A DNA stretch of 64,000 nt from Takakia lepidozioides. Taxonomy: Eukaryota > Plantae > Bryophyta. Below the pieces are notes generated by a model that saw nothing but the letters and a program-made list of their open reading frames with translations, did not search any database and was not told where the DNA came from. Shown here one piece after another: positions 14,901 through 27,445 of this stretch. Within the stretch, counting starts at the first letter, position 1. Every line of letters starts with the position of its first letter. The stretch spans positions 15,376,001 to 15,440,000 of the forward strand of contig CM060733.1 in NCBI GenBank assembly GCA_030704615.1, in the 5' to 3' direction. The position numbers and the translations under genes were made by a program.

Positions 14901-15351
14901 CAAGGACCACAACAAAGAAATACAGCCAAAGAACTACTGGAAATAGTTGTGCCCCTTAAAGCAGTTGCCCAGTTTATGCAGTTGAAATTCTCAGAAGAGC
15001 AGGAGCAGGTTCCACAAGCAGATTAACTCATATGGACGTCTGGGCAGGTATTCAACATTCTACAATCGTCAGACTGTGACGATAATGGACCAGTTACTAT
15101 CTGGGAGCCACATACCTGAGACAGATGATACCTCCCTGCTCAGAACGCTCGATCAAGTGGCACTACCAAAGCATTATGTCGGCAAGGCATATAGTGAAAT
15201 GTTTATAGGAATGTTACACGAAGACCACGCTCTTGCTTTGGGGCTGTATCGTGCTGTGGGAACCAATGGCTCAATCGTCCCCTTCGTCTACACAAACCCA
15301 GTCCCCACAGAAGTTCTGTTAGCAGGGGATCTGGTCTATGTATTGCGCTGA
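5968..15351 (+). CDS. Slo/BK-family (two-RCK) potassium channel alpha subunit, multi-exon
   Basis: GT-AG exons give S1-S6: WSFLAAITSVVLYVLST (~7132), IVELLAGFFFVVDY (~7545), LIDFISTLP (~7773), LLFFRVLR (8067-8117), FYDAMYFMIVT|VSTVGYGD pore (9232-9724). RCK1 includes FIVVSGN..FLSEFYH, EFIEGTP..DLDRV and DPDAEDAAQIVR (11155). RCK2 includes FVKGSP..DLLRAG and IIVEL. The gene ends VYTNP...GDLVYVLR-stop at 15351. The start codon is approximate. Confidence 0.9.
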
Positions 15352-15561
15352 ATCTGCAAAGATGATGCACCTTTCAATGTGAGCGAGATTATCAATGTGT
15401 TTGGAATGACTGTCAATCTGTACCAAGTGCCACCTTCATTGTGCCACTGCTGCGATGGTATTTGTTGGGTGAGGCAGCAGGTGACATCCATATCTCTCTT
15501 CATCACTCTGTTCAGCTCAAACTAAAATTGATGTTAACATTAAACGTTAACTAAGCATTAA

Positions 15562-16372
15562 CCCTCAGGGTCACGAGCCCTTTTGGTGGGCCAGCCCCAA
15601 AACAGGACCTGGTCCCATGGATGAAGCTGTATCTGACAGCTTGCATACATCCACAAGTATGAACCGTACCAACTGGTACCTACCTACTAAATGTACCCAC
15701 TGACGAAAATTAGGGGAGATTTGACCGACAGAACTGGTAGATTATAACATTTATATAGGGTCGATTTTACAAAAACACAGAAATGGAGATGGAGAAATGC
15801 AGTTTGACCAAGGTCATTGGCCACCTTCCTGATTTTTGCTGAGGCACAGACCTCTACATTCACCCCAGTTACAAGGGTACTCCCCAAATTTGGAGGGATT
15901 TCTCCAAAAATTGCATATTCCTCCTTTGTATGTCCAATAAGAGAGTGAAACAACTCCAAGAAATGAAAAAGCTGCCTGGAAGCCAGTGTTTTTTATGAAA
16001 TGAAAATTCCTGTGGTGGAGTCCTATATTGCAAGAAGACAGAGGAATCCCAAAAATGTTTTGGAAAATTCCAAATCCACATGTGTAGATGATAATGTTGT
16101 GGGATTTTGAACAATTTCCAGGCCAGCCAATTGTTGCCGGCCACGTCAGCAAGTCAACCGCGCTGAAGGGCCCCAACCATGGATTTTGGGGTACTTGCCA
16201 CGCTGAAAAAATCCTAGCTGTCGCACATTTAGGTTTTTGGGGGCGCAATAAAATTGCCCCGTGTGCGTGTTGGGCCAGAGCACATTTTTCGTTCGGGCAC
16301 ATTTTTCATCCACTTAACTCCCGTGGATGAAATTGGGATCGACCTGATTAAGGTCGCTTGGGCCTTTAGGGG
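15562..16372. mobile_element. Non-coding insert flanked by TTAA with CCC..GGG ends (piggyBac-like non-autonomous element)
   Basis: TTAA(15558-61)|CCCTCAGGG ... TTTAGGGG|TTAA(16373-76). It interrupts a TAAGCAT/TAAACAT-type repeat tract. The TIR is weak (about 10/17). Confidence 0.45.
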
Positions 16373-17460
16373 TTAAGCATTAACACTAAACATTAATTTG
16401 CATTTTCACTTGCAACATTTTAACATTTGCAAATTACTGTACGTTTTTGAAATCAAACCCGATTGGCTACTCTAACTAGGTGGGTGAGATGCAAACCTGT
16501 CTTGGGAGGTTCTTGGAATTAGCTACAAACCCCCGGAGGTTATCAAGAAGGTTATATGCATATATAACCGAGGTTCTAAAAAAAACAAAGACCGGCAAAG
16601 GCTCATAACCGCCGGTTACGTAGTTCTGAGAGGGGAATGCTTGCGCGTGAGCTTGGCTAGGCTCACGCCACGTCAGCAAGCATCCACGTGTTCAGGCCCT
16701 AATTCCGTGCTTACCCCCCCCCCTATTACCGCGGATCAGCTGTCGCCTTTGTCCTAATTTTTTATCCCTCTTCATGGCCCCCACATGAATATTCTTTGTG
16801 GCCGAGAACAATGGCAGGTTTGCGGATGAATTATGATTGAGGTCATGACTTTGGAATGAGGAGATCGTCCACTAGAGAACTGAATATTAAAAGCAAACAT
16901 TTTTTTTGGGCAAAGCAGCACATTCATTCCAACACACAAACATTTTTCAATTCCGCAATCCGAAGACCTATCCTAGGCAATCCCTAACTGTACTTACGGG
17001 AACGCGCAAAGAACTTGAAAAACAGTTTGGAGATGGAAGCAAAACCAAAACACAATTTATTGAGCCTCGGTACTTGAACCTAAAGAAATATTGGAGGTTT
17101 CAAAGGAACCACTTCCAGAGTTTACAGCAATATCATCTATGAATACAGCAGCACATCCATGACGTTTTTTTTTTCCACGACCTTCATGGAGATGCGAATA
17201 CAGTGTTTGTTTGGATAACACCCGTGCGCAAGCTTCCGCGTAAACCGGCAAGCGGTTGGATCTAGGGGGGCTCGGGGACATGTAGTATCCTTGGAAACCG
17301 AAAGGTGTCTGCTGATTCGATGACTGGTGCTGAACTCTGCAAAGCAAGAAGAGGAATGGTGGTAGATGTTAACATCCAGATATAGACAACGAAAGCCATT
17401 ATTTCTCGAATGGGAACGACACAAGGAAATGCAACATATTTTGCACGACTACACAAGAAC

Positions 17461-20400
17461 TTACTCACACTCAAAATCGGAGTCCACGTCCAGATCCTCG
17501 TCAGGCGCTTCGGGCTCCTCCAGAAGTCCCTCTGTGGATGGGGCAGAAGTAGTGCCCGACTCAAGCTGACGAAGCTCGCTTGAGAAGAGCTCCGTATCAG
17601 CTTCCATGCCGAAGAAGTGCCTTCCGGCGCTCTTGCAAGCATGAAAACATGCTCCTGCAAATCCAAGAAGAACGAGAAATAAAAACAGGGTTTCCCTAAG
17701 GTCACTGCCCATATGTCAAACACAATGTGAAGGGCCCCACCTGTGCCCATAGACAAGTCAACCACTCGTCCACCATGACGGCTGCATGTCTCCACCAAAG
17801 TCTGCATGAAAGCTGGAGATTTCTCCCGTGCACCTCTCCAAGGACACCAATCGACCTTTTCATAGTCCAACCCGAGTCGACGTAATTGAAGATAACATCA
17901 TCCTCCACAGGCTCGCAGGTGGGGTCAATGTGAGCTGCAAGGTCCCTCAACTGAAACTCAGCAACACCAGCAGGAAGAGTGTCATTCCGCCTCACCAGGC
18001 ACAAAGCTTCGAACACCCGTGTCTGTCAATAATCACGAAGAGAGAATGAGACAGAAGACATAACCCACCATTTTGATTTACCGAAAAACCACGAAACATC
18101 AATTGAAAGGAACCAACTCACTTTCTGCCCCGGGAACTCGCCCTTCGTAAGAGGCAGAGTATTGATGCATGTCCAAGTTTTGATGACACGAAACCCGGAA
18201 GCTTTCATGTAGCTGAAAAAGTTCTTCGAGCCGACATGTCCTTTGACTGCATGAGAAGAAAGCCCCCGAGTCCGAAAGGAACTTGTTGCTGAACGAGAAA
18301 ACCCACTGCCAGTAACGAGAATCCGATTTGTTCCAAGTCGGGGTCGAATTGGAAGGAAACACATCAGGGACAGGAAAACCGTCAGGAATGTCCAGCACCA
18401 CAAGGTCAGTCGCGTATGCCTGCTGAACTCCATTCACCCATTCCGGACTTTTTGTGACCTACAGCCAAAAACATGAGACAGTGTAAGAAGCCCAATCCAA
18501 ATCTAACAGGAGATCAATCCCCTGGACAAGCCACAACAAGCTGCCAAAACACAATTATTCATACAACAGTTTAGACATAAGTGTTCACCTGAGTGAGGAA
18601 CGAAACAAGCATGTCCCAGATTTCGAGGGCACCCCTTTGAATGTGGACTTCCTGGACTCCATCATTGCAAGAAAACTTTCATTCAGCACCTTACGATTGA
18701 ACTGGCCCAAAACCCTGGAGGGATGTTCTCTCGCCTCGAAAACTTGCTCCCTCGACTTTGATGTTCTCCTATCCCTCCTTGCGGGAGAAGGCTGTCTTTC
18801 AGGAACCTCTGACGGTCCCTGTCCTTGCGGAGCTGCACTTTTCCCCTTCCCCTTCGGATCCCCGACAATCTTCCCCTTTCGTTTTGGAGTAGCAGTTTTC
18901 TCGGGCTCTTTTGCAGCCAGAGCCGAAATGATTCTGTCCTGGATGTCTTTTTCAGCCAATGGGGCAATCGCTGCGGCATTGTCGTTCAGGTTTCTTCATC
19001 GAATGGAGTGTCCTGTTTTGGCAGGTCGAGGTACCACCCACAGTCTCGGAAGTGCGCCCTGCTCCAGTCTTTGGCAATACCAGCCGTGTACATTGTCTTG
19101 TCATTGGAGGGGTCAGCCCATGAATAGATGAAGTCTGGGTCATCGCTAAGGTACTTTCCCGGTATGAGGATATGATACATATACCTGAATCACACACAAA
19201 AAACCCAGACAGTCATTCGATCAGAAAACGAAAAAGAACACACATCCGGAAAAAGATATTGAAATGCAGGAAGGCAACACTGAGAATTCTACTTTTGAAA
19301 TCCCGAATCAACCTTGCGTTGACGCAATGTTCATTCGAGCAGAAATGGGGAACACCAAATGATAATGTTGTATTGATAGAGACAACGACTGAGAAGCGCA
19401 ATTCAACATTGCTTCAACGCAAGGTTGTTTTCATTCAGAGAGGAAATGGAAAACACTGCCTGAAAACTACCATCAGACTATGTACTGGTGCGGATATTCA
19501 ACATTGCGTTGGCGCAATGTTGAAATCCTCTGTTGAAACACATGTCAATGCTATCTGATAATCATAAGTTTCCTACAATTGTATTGAAATCGGGGGATGG
19601 CTGCGGGAAATTTCCAGCAATCCATACCGCCAAACAACCTTGCGTCAACGCAAGTCTGTTTGTTGGTACAGTGAAAGTTGTAAATAGCATTTCAAACCGA
19701 CTCCAAACAGTCTTATGTTCATCTTGGCAGCATTGGAACTGGATTTGAACTGCCCAAAACCACAGGAAAAGCTACATAGCCTGCCACTTCATCAACCTTG
19801 CGTTGACGCAAGGCTGATTTTCCTGTCAGTTTATCCCCTTTCACATTCAGAAAAACGGCATTATGGGATACCCAGGTATAGGTAAGTGAAACCAGGACAA
19901 TGGGAAACAACCTTGCGTTAACGCAATGTTGCTCGACTGCACATGCAGAGCCCTCAGAGATCTCGCAAAGCACTGCAAATTCGCAATTCTTTATGGAAAG
20001 AACGACACAAGATTGCAGAAACATGCCCTTCAAGCACCAATTTTGATTCAAGGAGGTCACACCTGTACAACACTCGCTTCATTGCTTGCTCGCTGTTGTA
20101 CTGGTTTTTGAATTCGTAAGACCTGGAGATTCCTTTCTCTTTCTCAAACTCCCTGAAGAAGCAGTTGTTCCAGACAGCGAGCTTCCATCTCCTGATATAG
20201 GCCTCCAGTGTGATCCGGGGGCAAGCCATCTGGATTTTGTAGTCTGCCATCGACTCAGCAAGTGCAGCCACTGCACGTTTTTCTAACTGCAACAAGAAAG
20301 CTCGTAAGAATTTGGGAGAGGTTACGGAGCAACACAAATGTCTGAAAATGGTTTGGTTCAAACCTTACCTGGCTCCAGAATGTGGCTTTGTGTAGCCACT

Positions 20401-22842
20401 GGTCGAATGTGTGGTCGCTAACAACTCTTATTGCTTGTGTCTTCGGGTCCCTCTCTGGAGTTGGGAACATGTTCGTGTCTCTCACAAGAGGATCCGAATT
20501 CCATATCTCCAACCACCTGATTTTGGTTGCATTGTCCACCATTGAAATGGAAAGGCGATGTAGTTTCTCTTGAGTCATTTCTGGCTTGGAGCCATACTTG
20601 TCATAGTGTGCTTTCACCTGCTCCAGAAATTCCGTGCCAAGACCTGCTATCCGGATCTGTTTGTCGAATGCACTCATGAGGTTCTTCCTTTGATTTTTCA
20701 TCTCGAACTTCATCATGTCCTCAAGCCCAGTTGCAGACCGCTGCTCTTCTGTGTGGGAATCATAGTACTCTGCTTTCGCCTTCAATCCAGTTTCTGCTAT
20801 TTCTTGCTGCATACATAACAGGTAAAAAGAATCAAACACTGGAATTTCTTCACAAAATTTGCAGTAACAACAGGCAAACAGGTGTCAAAAAGCTTACAGT
20901 GTACATGTACTCAAGAAAAGCCTCCCTTGTCAAGCTGTACCATGTGCTTGTCTTCTTCTCAGCACACCTCTTCATCTGCTGAGGACTGAGCACGTTCGTG
21001 AATGACTCCAGTGGCATCAGCCCTACCTTCTGGATGCGGAATAGAGTGTGGCACAGATTGGTCGTCACATGAGATGTTTCATTGGACCTGGAAAAACCTT
21101 CAACTCATAAGATGATTTCAAATTGTCGAAACAAGGAACAGACACAAAGTTGGAAACTTACTTGTTTATGTCGTGCATGGCTGTCAAGAGCTGCGTGACA
21201 CGTCCTTTGTGATCGAGAACCATGGAAACCACGCTCCAGTGCCATTCGATGTCGTCCGAGTGCAAGCTTGAAATGTAATCCATCCAGGCAAGCAGTCTGT
21301 GGTTCCCATCCCAGACAAAAAACATCTTTCCCATGAATGCTTTTGTGGAGGCCTTTTTGGACAGCTTAAACTCGAACTCCCTGTTTACATCCCGCCAGCA
21401 TGCATCCCAACCTTGCTCAATGTCCTCTGTTACAAGACACTCCTCTCCTTTCGTGTTCATAGTGGATACGTAGAACACTGCTGATCCCTTGACATAGCCG
21501 TGAACAAAGTCGTTCTTCAACTTCGTTATATCATTCCTCAATGCCGGTCGAACAGCGGGCATGGAGATCATCCTGCACAGCGGAATGACCAGGTTTCCGC
21601 CGGGAACCTCCATCGACAGAATCACCTTCGACGAGTTCACTTTTTGCCCACCAATTATCTCCTCGGCCTTGTCTTCATAGTTTCCCTCCAATGAGTCTTC
21701 CTCACCTTCACCTTCTGACGCGGCCAAATCTTCCCCCTCGGATTTCCTTTTTCTTTTCCTCTGCACAGAATGAATTATCTGTGAGTGACAGATTGAGCAC
21801 CCATGGATCAACATTGCTTTGACGCAAGGTTGATTGATGGGGATGTAGTTTAGACTGAAAGGCATACAGGAAAGACTTTTGAAGCAAAAAAATGCTTTGC
21901 GTTGACGCAGGGTTCTTTTGGGAGCTTCAACTAATCAACTTTCCCTACCTTACAGTTCAGGGTATGAGAGATCGGACGCTTCCATTGAACAAAAAAATCA
22001 TCAAAACCAGCCTTGCGTCAACGCAATGTTGATTCTGTGCGGCATCTGTTCGTTTCACTAGAAGTTCTAACATACACCATGGAGGTTGGCATCAACCTTG
22101 CGTTGACGCAAGGTTGATTGCGAGCTCTCGGATCGGTGTTGAACAAACACAAAAGCTACAGGAAAAGGAGATTGCTGTCTCTTCTTCTTCTTCGAACTTG
22201 ATGATGCGTCGCAAGCATCCATGTCTGTCTAGCTTGATTGTAGTGCAGCATCTGCACTGTTTTGATGCCCAATATATACACTTAGGAGGTCGACTTCAAC
22301 CTTGCGTTGACGCAAGGTTGATGTCGACCTCAATGCTTAGCAAGAACCAGACAGAATCAGAGAGAGAGAAAGAGAGTTCATAGCCACCTCCGGTTTCTTC
22401 TTTGCACTTGATGATGCTCCTGACGCATTCAATCTTTCCATTTGGTCTGGAGGTAGCATGCTTCCAAGGAGGTCCCGATGGTGCGAAACAAGGGCAGACG
22501 GCATCGTTTCCGCGTCCGTTTGTTCTCCCTGCTCTTTGAAGACCTGTTTCTCTACTCGCAGTGCTTTCTCCCGAGCCCAGCTCACTTCCTCGTCCTCCCC
22601 CCCTTCTATTGGAGGTTGCTCATCGGTCGCCTCCGGGATCACTTCAAGACCTTCCTCTCCACACTGCGGTTGCAGAATCCTGTTTTGCCCTTCGTCTTCC
22701 TCTACGCCGGATGTTTCTTCTCCCATTCTAAGTTCCCGTCTCGCCTTCCTCATCCTCTCCTTAGCGCGTGCCCTTTGCTTGTTTGATGTGAAATAAAGTG
22801 TTCTTCGACGCTTGCTTCTCCCTCGGAATGGGGTCACCGTCT
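17461..22842 (-). CDS. TE-borne spliced gene: basic/acidic N-terminus, ParB/Srx-like domain, helical region, beta-class N6A/N4C-type DNA methyltransferase-like domain (several -1 frameshifts)
   Basis: GT-AG exons: 22842-22388, 21760-21162, 21087-20898, 20806-20369, 20286-20063, 19184-18589, 18458-18122, 18022-17741, 17654-17461. Phases agree once the frameshifts are allowed for. Motifs: FFVWDGNHRLLAW (DGNHR at 21296-21310), DLVVLDIPDG (DIPD at 18381-92), PWRGAREKSPAFMQTLVETCSRHGGRVVDLSMGTG|ACFHACKSAGRHFFGMEAD. The first coding exon was not located. Confidence 0.78.
19310..19930. repeat. Six 22-bp palindromes (consensus AACCTTGCGTYRACGCAAGGTT) with unique spacers, inside one intron
   Basis: Copies start at 19310, 19405, 19500, 19636, 19794, 19909, all within intron 19185-20062. 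Confidence 0.92.
21810..22331. repeat. Five more copies of the same 22-bp palindrome inside a second intron
   Basis: Copies at 21810, 21893, 22009, 22094, 22298. The last extends to a 46-bp near-perfect palindrome (22286-22331). All lie in intron 21761-22387. Confidence 0.92.
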
Positions 22843-23512
22843 CTGCAGAATCCAGGGTTGCAAAGACAATAAGGAGAAGAGGGAAAAAAGAGGACTATGG
22901 GAGGTTCATCGCAAGGCCTTCAACGCCAAGATGTTCGCTCGCAACGTTCAGTGCGCCACTGACTCATTCCACATGCATGGCGAACACGTGTCCATCTAAT
23001 CGTTATGAAATATCGGCGGAGATCATTGGATCCTCATCCATCCAAAAATCGTTGGGGTCTAATCACCTCTCATCTGAAAAAGTTCATTATTGGGCAATTT
23101 ATTCTGGGATGTTCCAGAGGAATGTCAAGTATGTACAGTTGTACAGCGGTGCAGGTGCCGTTAAAATTAAATGGAAATGGGCATCTCTTCTGGCCTCTCT
23201 GACATGACAACCAAACGGCGGCTCTGTCAGTCAATCTGTCAACGAATGCACTGGTGGGGCACTTGTGAAAAAACAGTTGGATTCTAGGATTAGGGCTGAC
23301 ATTATGGACTCCGCATTTGGGCACTCTGTGACCATGCGCTTGGTTCGCATGGGGAGACATTTCACAGAAGTGGAAACCCGCGTTAGGAGATCTGCAAGCC
23401 GGAGCGATACCTGCAATTCTCTGTGAGGACGCCAAAAACTCCGCTCCCACACAATTTGCATTCACAAGCACCGTCGGACTGTGAACTCTACTTTCTGAAG
23501 CAACATCGACAT

Positions 23513-26500
23513 ATGGCCTCCCAGGCCATGGGCTCCCTTGACGCGGACTTCTTCAGTGAGGACCACCCTGTGCCATTTTCTTACGAGGTGGAAGATGATG
23601 GTTTTGCGCTGGTGCATGAACACGTCCTCGCAACGCAGTTTCGGTTGGAAAATGGAACTCTATTCCTTCAAAGGGAAGTGTACGATGCCAATGGAAAACT
23701 GCTCAAGTACGTGTTCCAGAAACCTTCGCATACTGCACCAGCCACACAATGGAGAGTGCCTCCAGGCAGATACAGGGTGCTCAGTGCTCCTCTGAGACAG
23801 TCTGCAGGATCTTTCGTAACTCCTGGCACGGCAGCATCAGTGGCCCAGGAGAAAACACCCGTGGTTGTCAAGAAGGAGACGAGTACCGTTAACACTGTAG
23901 TTGAGCTTTCGGACTCATCCTCCGATGACACATGTGCAATACCGCCCGTGGATCAGCCATGTCCACATGTAGAAGCAGATGTGGAGGAGATCACCAGTGT
24001 CATTCCTAAACTGAAAGCCATGGGTGGGATGGCAGGATTCAAGAGTGAGTTGAGGGGGATAGACTGGAGCACTTTCAATATTCAGAGGGTGGCATTCTTG
24101 CCGGAATCTTTTGATGGTAATACTGTTTTCGAGCTGCCTCCTCCTGGTCGCTTGGGGGGCATTTCTAGTCTCCTGGAAGGAATGGACAAAAAGCACGATG
24201 GGCACCCTTGGTGCCGCACAAAAACCTCCAATATTCACAACAACGACAACCTCATATTCAGGCGAACAGTCTGTAATGGGCACCTGAAATGCGAGAACAT
24301 GAAATGCAGACACTTCGCATTGTCAGGTGTGCAAAACCAAAGCGAATGGGATGGTGTCAGTGAGAATCCATTCAAGCCTGGGGTGACACCACCATACAGT
24401 AACACTTTTGTGTGCAAGTTCTGTAGGGTACCACCTTGCTGCCTTGCTTTGTGTGGCGCCAGAATGTATTATGTGGTGCATCGATTCAAAACCCTGACTA
24501 GAGCCTGTGTCCATTTCGGTTTTCACAACCACCCTGTGTCCAAGGGGGATTATAGGGAGAGCGTTGACACAGTCTCGCGTCTGATAAGGCAAGAGTTGGA
24601 TACCAATCCAACTGGAACCACATCTGCAATTGCCATGGGGGCGAGCAAGTCCTTTCTGGAAAGCCGTATTCTGTGTGCATCAAATTCGGTTGGAGGAATA
24701 CTGGAGGGATCGGCTTTGGACACTGTTATGGACCATTTCTCAACTTTGACTTCTCCAAACATTAGGAATCAGGTGAACGCTTTAAGAATGGGCTCTGGGA
24801 GCCGAGGTTATATGGACAATATTATGGATTTGAAGAAAAGGAGCATGTATGACTACATCCAAGACAGCGTTTTCCCGGGACAAGGAGCCAGGAAAGTGTT
24901 CTTGTTCAAAATGTCCACAAAAGGTGAGGGCAGCGGGGTCAGCCTGGTTAAACGTATGCAGAAGGGTGGCGATCTTGGCAACTGCTTCCTTATGTTCGAT
25001 CATGTCAAGAGGGTTAAAGACTGGACCACAATGGCATGTCATGTTTACGACCCTGTGTACCAGCGGGTCATGACAATTGCAGTGTGTGACATGCAGTCAG
25101 AGGACACAGATTCACAACAGCTCATGTGGGAAGCTCTCATTCGAGTTATGGCCTCCAATGGTCTCCCATCTCCCAATTTCGTTGGTTTCATGGCCGATAG
25201 TGCTCAAGCTAACTTCAACGCTGTCCGCATTGTGTTCGGGACGGGAGACCCAAAAGTGCCAATGCCTGGAAGAGAACGTACATGTCTTTTCCATTGGACA
25301 CAATCCCTGGACAAACACACAAAGACATACATCAAGCCAGATATGCAGACTATGCATCGCCAACTGTGCAACCAGTACAAAGACGCCAAAACTATGGGGG
25401 AAGCGAATACATTGTTCCAGACAATTCGTGCCTGGTGGTACTCATCTGGAGCGGCATCGGAGGACAGCATGAGGGCACTGCAAGACTGGTTCGCATTTTG
25501 GCACTTCCGTTACCGACAGTGGGGAGCGGCCATGACAACGGTGAGTGGTTTGTATTCACCTTCGTTTGGGTGCTTCGGATATATCTTTCAGGGTCCAATC
25601 CTAATATCGGCTTTCTGTTTTTTTTCCTTGCAGCATATGTCCATTGAGGAGATGGCGGACATGCCTTCTTGCAATCTTGCGGAGACAGTGCACAATGCCT
25701 GGTTGCAGCAATCCGGCAAAAAAGGGAGAGATTTGTATGCGGCGACGGCCGATGACCTCATTCGTGCTCTGCAGCAGCAAACCAGATATAGGTCATTCTT
25801 GAGGGGTGGCCTTGGTGGCAAAGGTCCGGACAGGAGCGAGTTGATGTTGCGGGCAGCTGGAAGATCAGGGGATCCCAGCAAAATAGCGCGGGCAGTGAGC
25901 ATATGTGCAGATGGCACCCCTCTCGTGGGAAGAGTTCCCCATCTGGAAGGCGAAGAGAGATTCGGGTCTTGCAAACGGAAATTGGACACCCCTCCGGATC
26001 GGATGCAGATTCCCATAGGGCGGACAGGGTGAACTTCTCGACGCCACGTGTTCCCTTGGATCAGAGATGGAATTGCGGAACATCCACAGGTGAGGGCTAC
26101 TCTGCCCCAGACCGGACCCCTGCATCAAGCATTGTCACTGCAATGGTTGAAGACCAGAACGTGGTGCCGCATATAATCGAGTCCATGGGCTTGGACGAGG
26201 TTTGGCATATAGAACGCACAAGTGCTGGATCTCGTGTGAAATGCGCGGCGATCAGGGCCACCAATCATGAAAAATGTACATCATTAATCTCCAGAGGGAA
26301 AGAACGCACTGCAGCTCCTACATTCACGGGTTTGTTTCTCCCTTACGGACAAGGCGAGGCAAAGAACCACAAGTTCTGGTTCTGCGCTGACGATTGTGGG
26401 AGATGTGTGCATGGTACAGTGAGGCCTTCCGTGGTAAGGAAGCCTACTCCACCAACCGTGTGGCCTGTGAAGATGGGCACAGGTCTCACTCACCGAGAGA

Positions 26501-27015
26501 TCGCAATGCTGGAAGAGGCGGGTTTCTCCCTAGCCAGACATTCCATTGCACGTGAAGGTGCTTCAAGTGGAAGCGGTTCACGGGTACCTCCGCCTGACGC
26601 TCACTTGTGGCCAACCAGACGGAATGGGAAGCTGGTTCGACGATTCCCTCCAACCGCAGAACACTACGGCAAAATTGAGTCCGCCAGAATGCTTCACGCT
26701 CGTGTTGCGGGAACAATAGAAGTGCCTGATCCAGGGTATGGTCGGGTCTTCACCATGATCTCATCCGCATCTGCGCTGCAGGACAGGACGTACGAAATCA
26801 CTGTTTCCAATTTTCCCAATTGTACATGTCCTGATTTTGTTGGTATGCTTTCAAGTAGTTTGGGAAAGAGAGGGAAGTTCATACCGTGCAAACACCTTTA
26901 CTTCGTCTTCTTGAGAAGGATGGTTTGTGATCCAAAGCGCGACTTCTTCATTCACCAAGCCACTATGAGTTTCAACGAAGTCAACACACTTCTACAGCGG
27001 GATACAAGCCCATAA
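23513..27015 (+). CDS. Mutator-like DDE transposase with GCM/WRKY-like Zn domain and C-terminal SWIM finger
   Basis: ORFs 23423-26032 and 25903-27015. N-terminal Zn module C..C...HFGFHNHP. Catalytic candidates FLMFDHVKR, FMADSAQAN, CLFHW (CxxH), CNLAETVH. SWIM finger CTCPDF...CKHLYFV. In-frame intron 25541-25633. One frameshift near 25995. Confidence 0.85.
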
Positions 27016-27213
27016 AAATCTGTGTTTTCCTTGACTACAACTTGTAATGGAATGACTGTTCAAGTCCAGTGACTCTCAATCATATGTCGTCTCAACATGT
27101 ATGTTCTAACATCTTTGCTATGCGTGGGTCAATGCATTTGTCGCATTGGTTTGTCATTCTCTTTTCATTAGCAAACACAAGAAACTACCTTCAGATAGAC
27201 AGATGATCAAATC

Positions 27214-27445
27214 AACCTCGTCTCAACACGAGGTTTACTTGAAGTTCTCCAAATCCTCCTTGTGTTGACACAAGGATGATTTTAGTTCTCAGAAAACAAC
27301 ATCGTGTCAACACGAAGTTCATTTTTGTTCCAGGAAAACAACCTCGTGTTAACACGAGGTTTTGTTGAAGTTCTCCAAATCCCCCTTGTGTCGACACGAG
27401 GTTCATTTCAGTTCTACGAAATGAAGCTCCTGTTAACAGAAGGTT
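27214..27445. repeat. 6 x 42-bp tandem array, each unit carrying the palindrome AACCTCGTGTYRACACGAGGTT
   Basis: Palindromes start at 27214, 27256, 27298, 27340, 27382, 27424. Confidence 0.92.

Noticed and set aside
19310-22331. CRISPR array interpretation of the palindrome-plus-unique-spacer pattern
   Set aside because: Spacers are long and variable (about 60-180 bp), copies lie in spliceosomal introns, and no cas genes are present.
17461-22842. Bacterial contamination as the source of the ParB/MTase gene
   Set aside because: The gene has multiple GT-AG introns and sits inside a TSD-bounded eukaryotic transposon.
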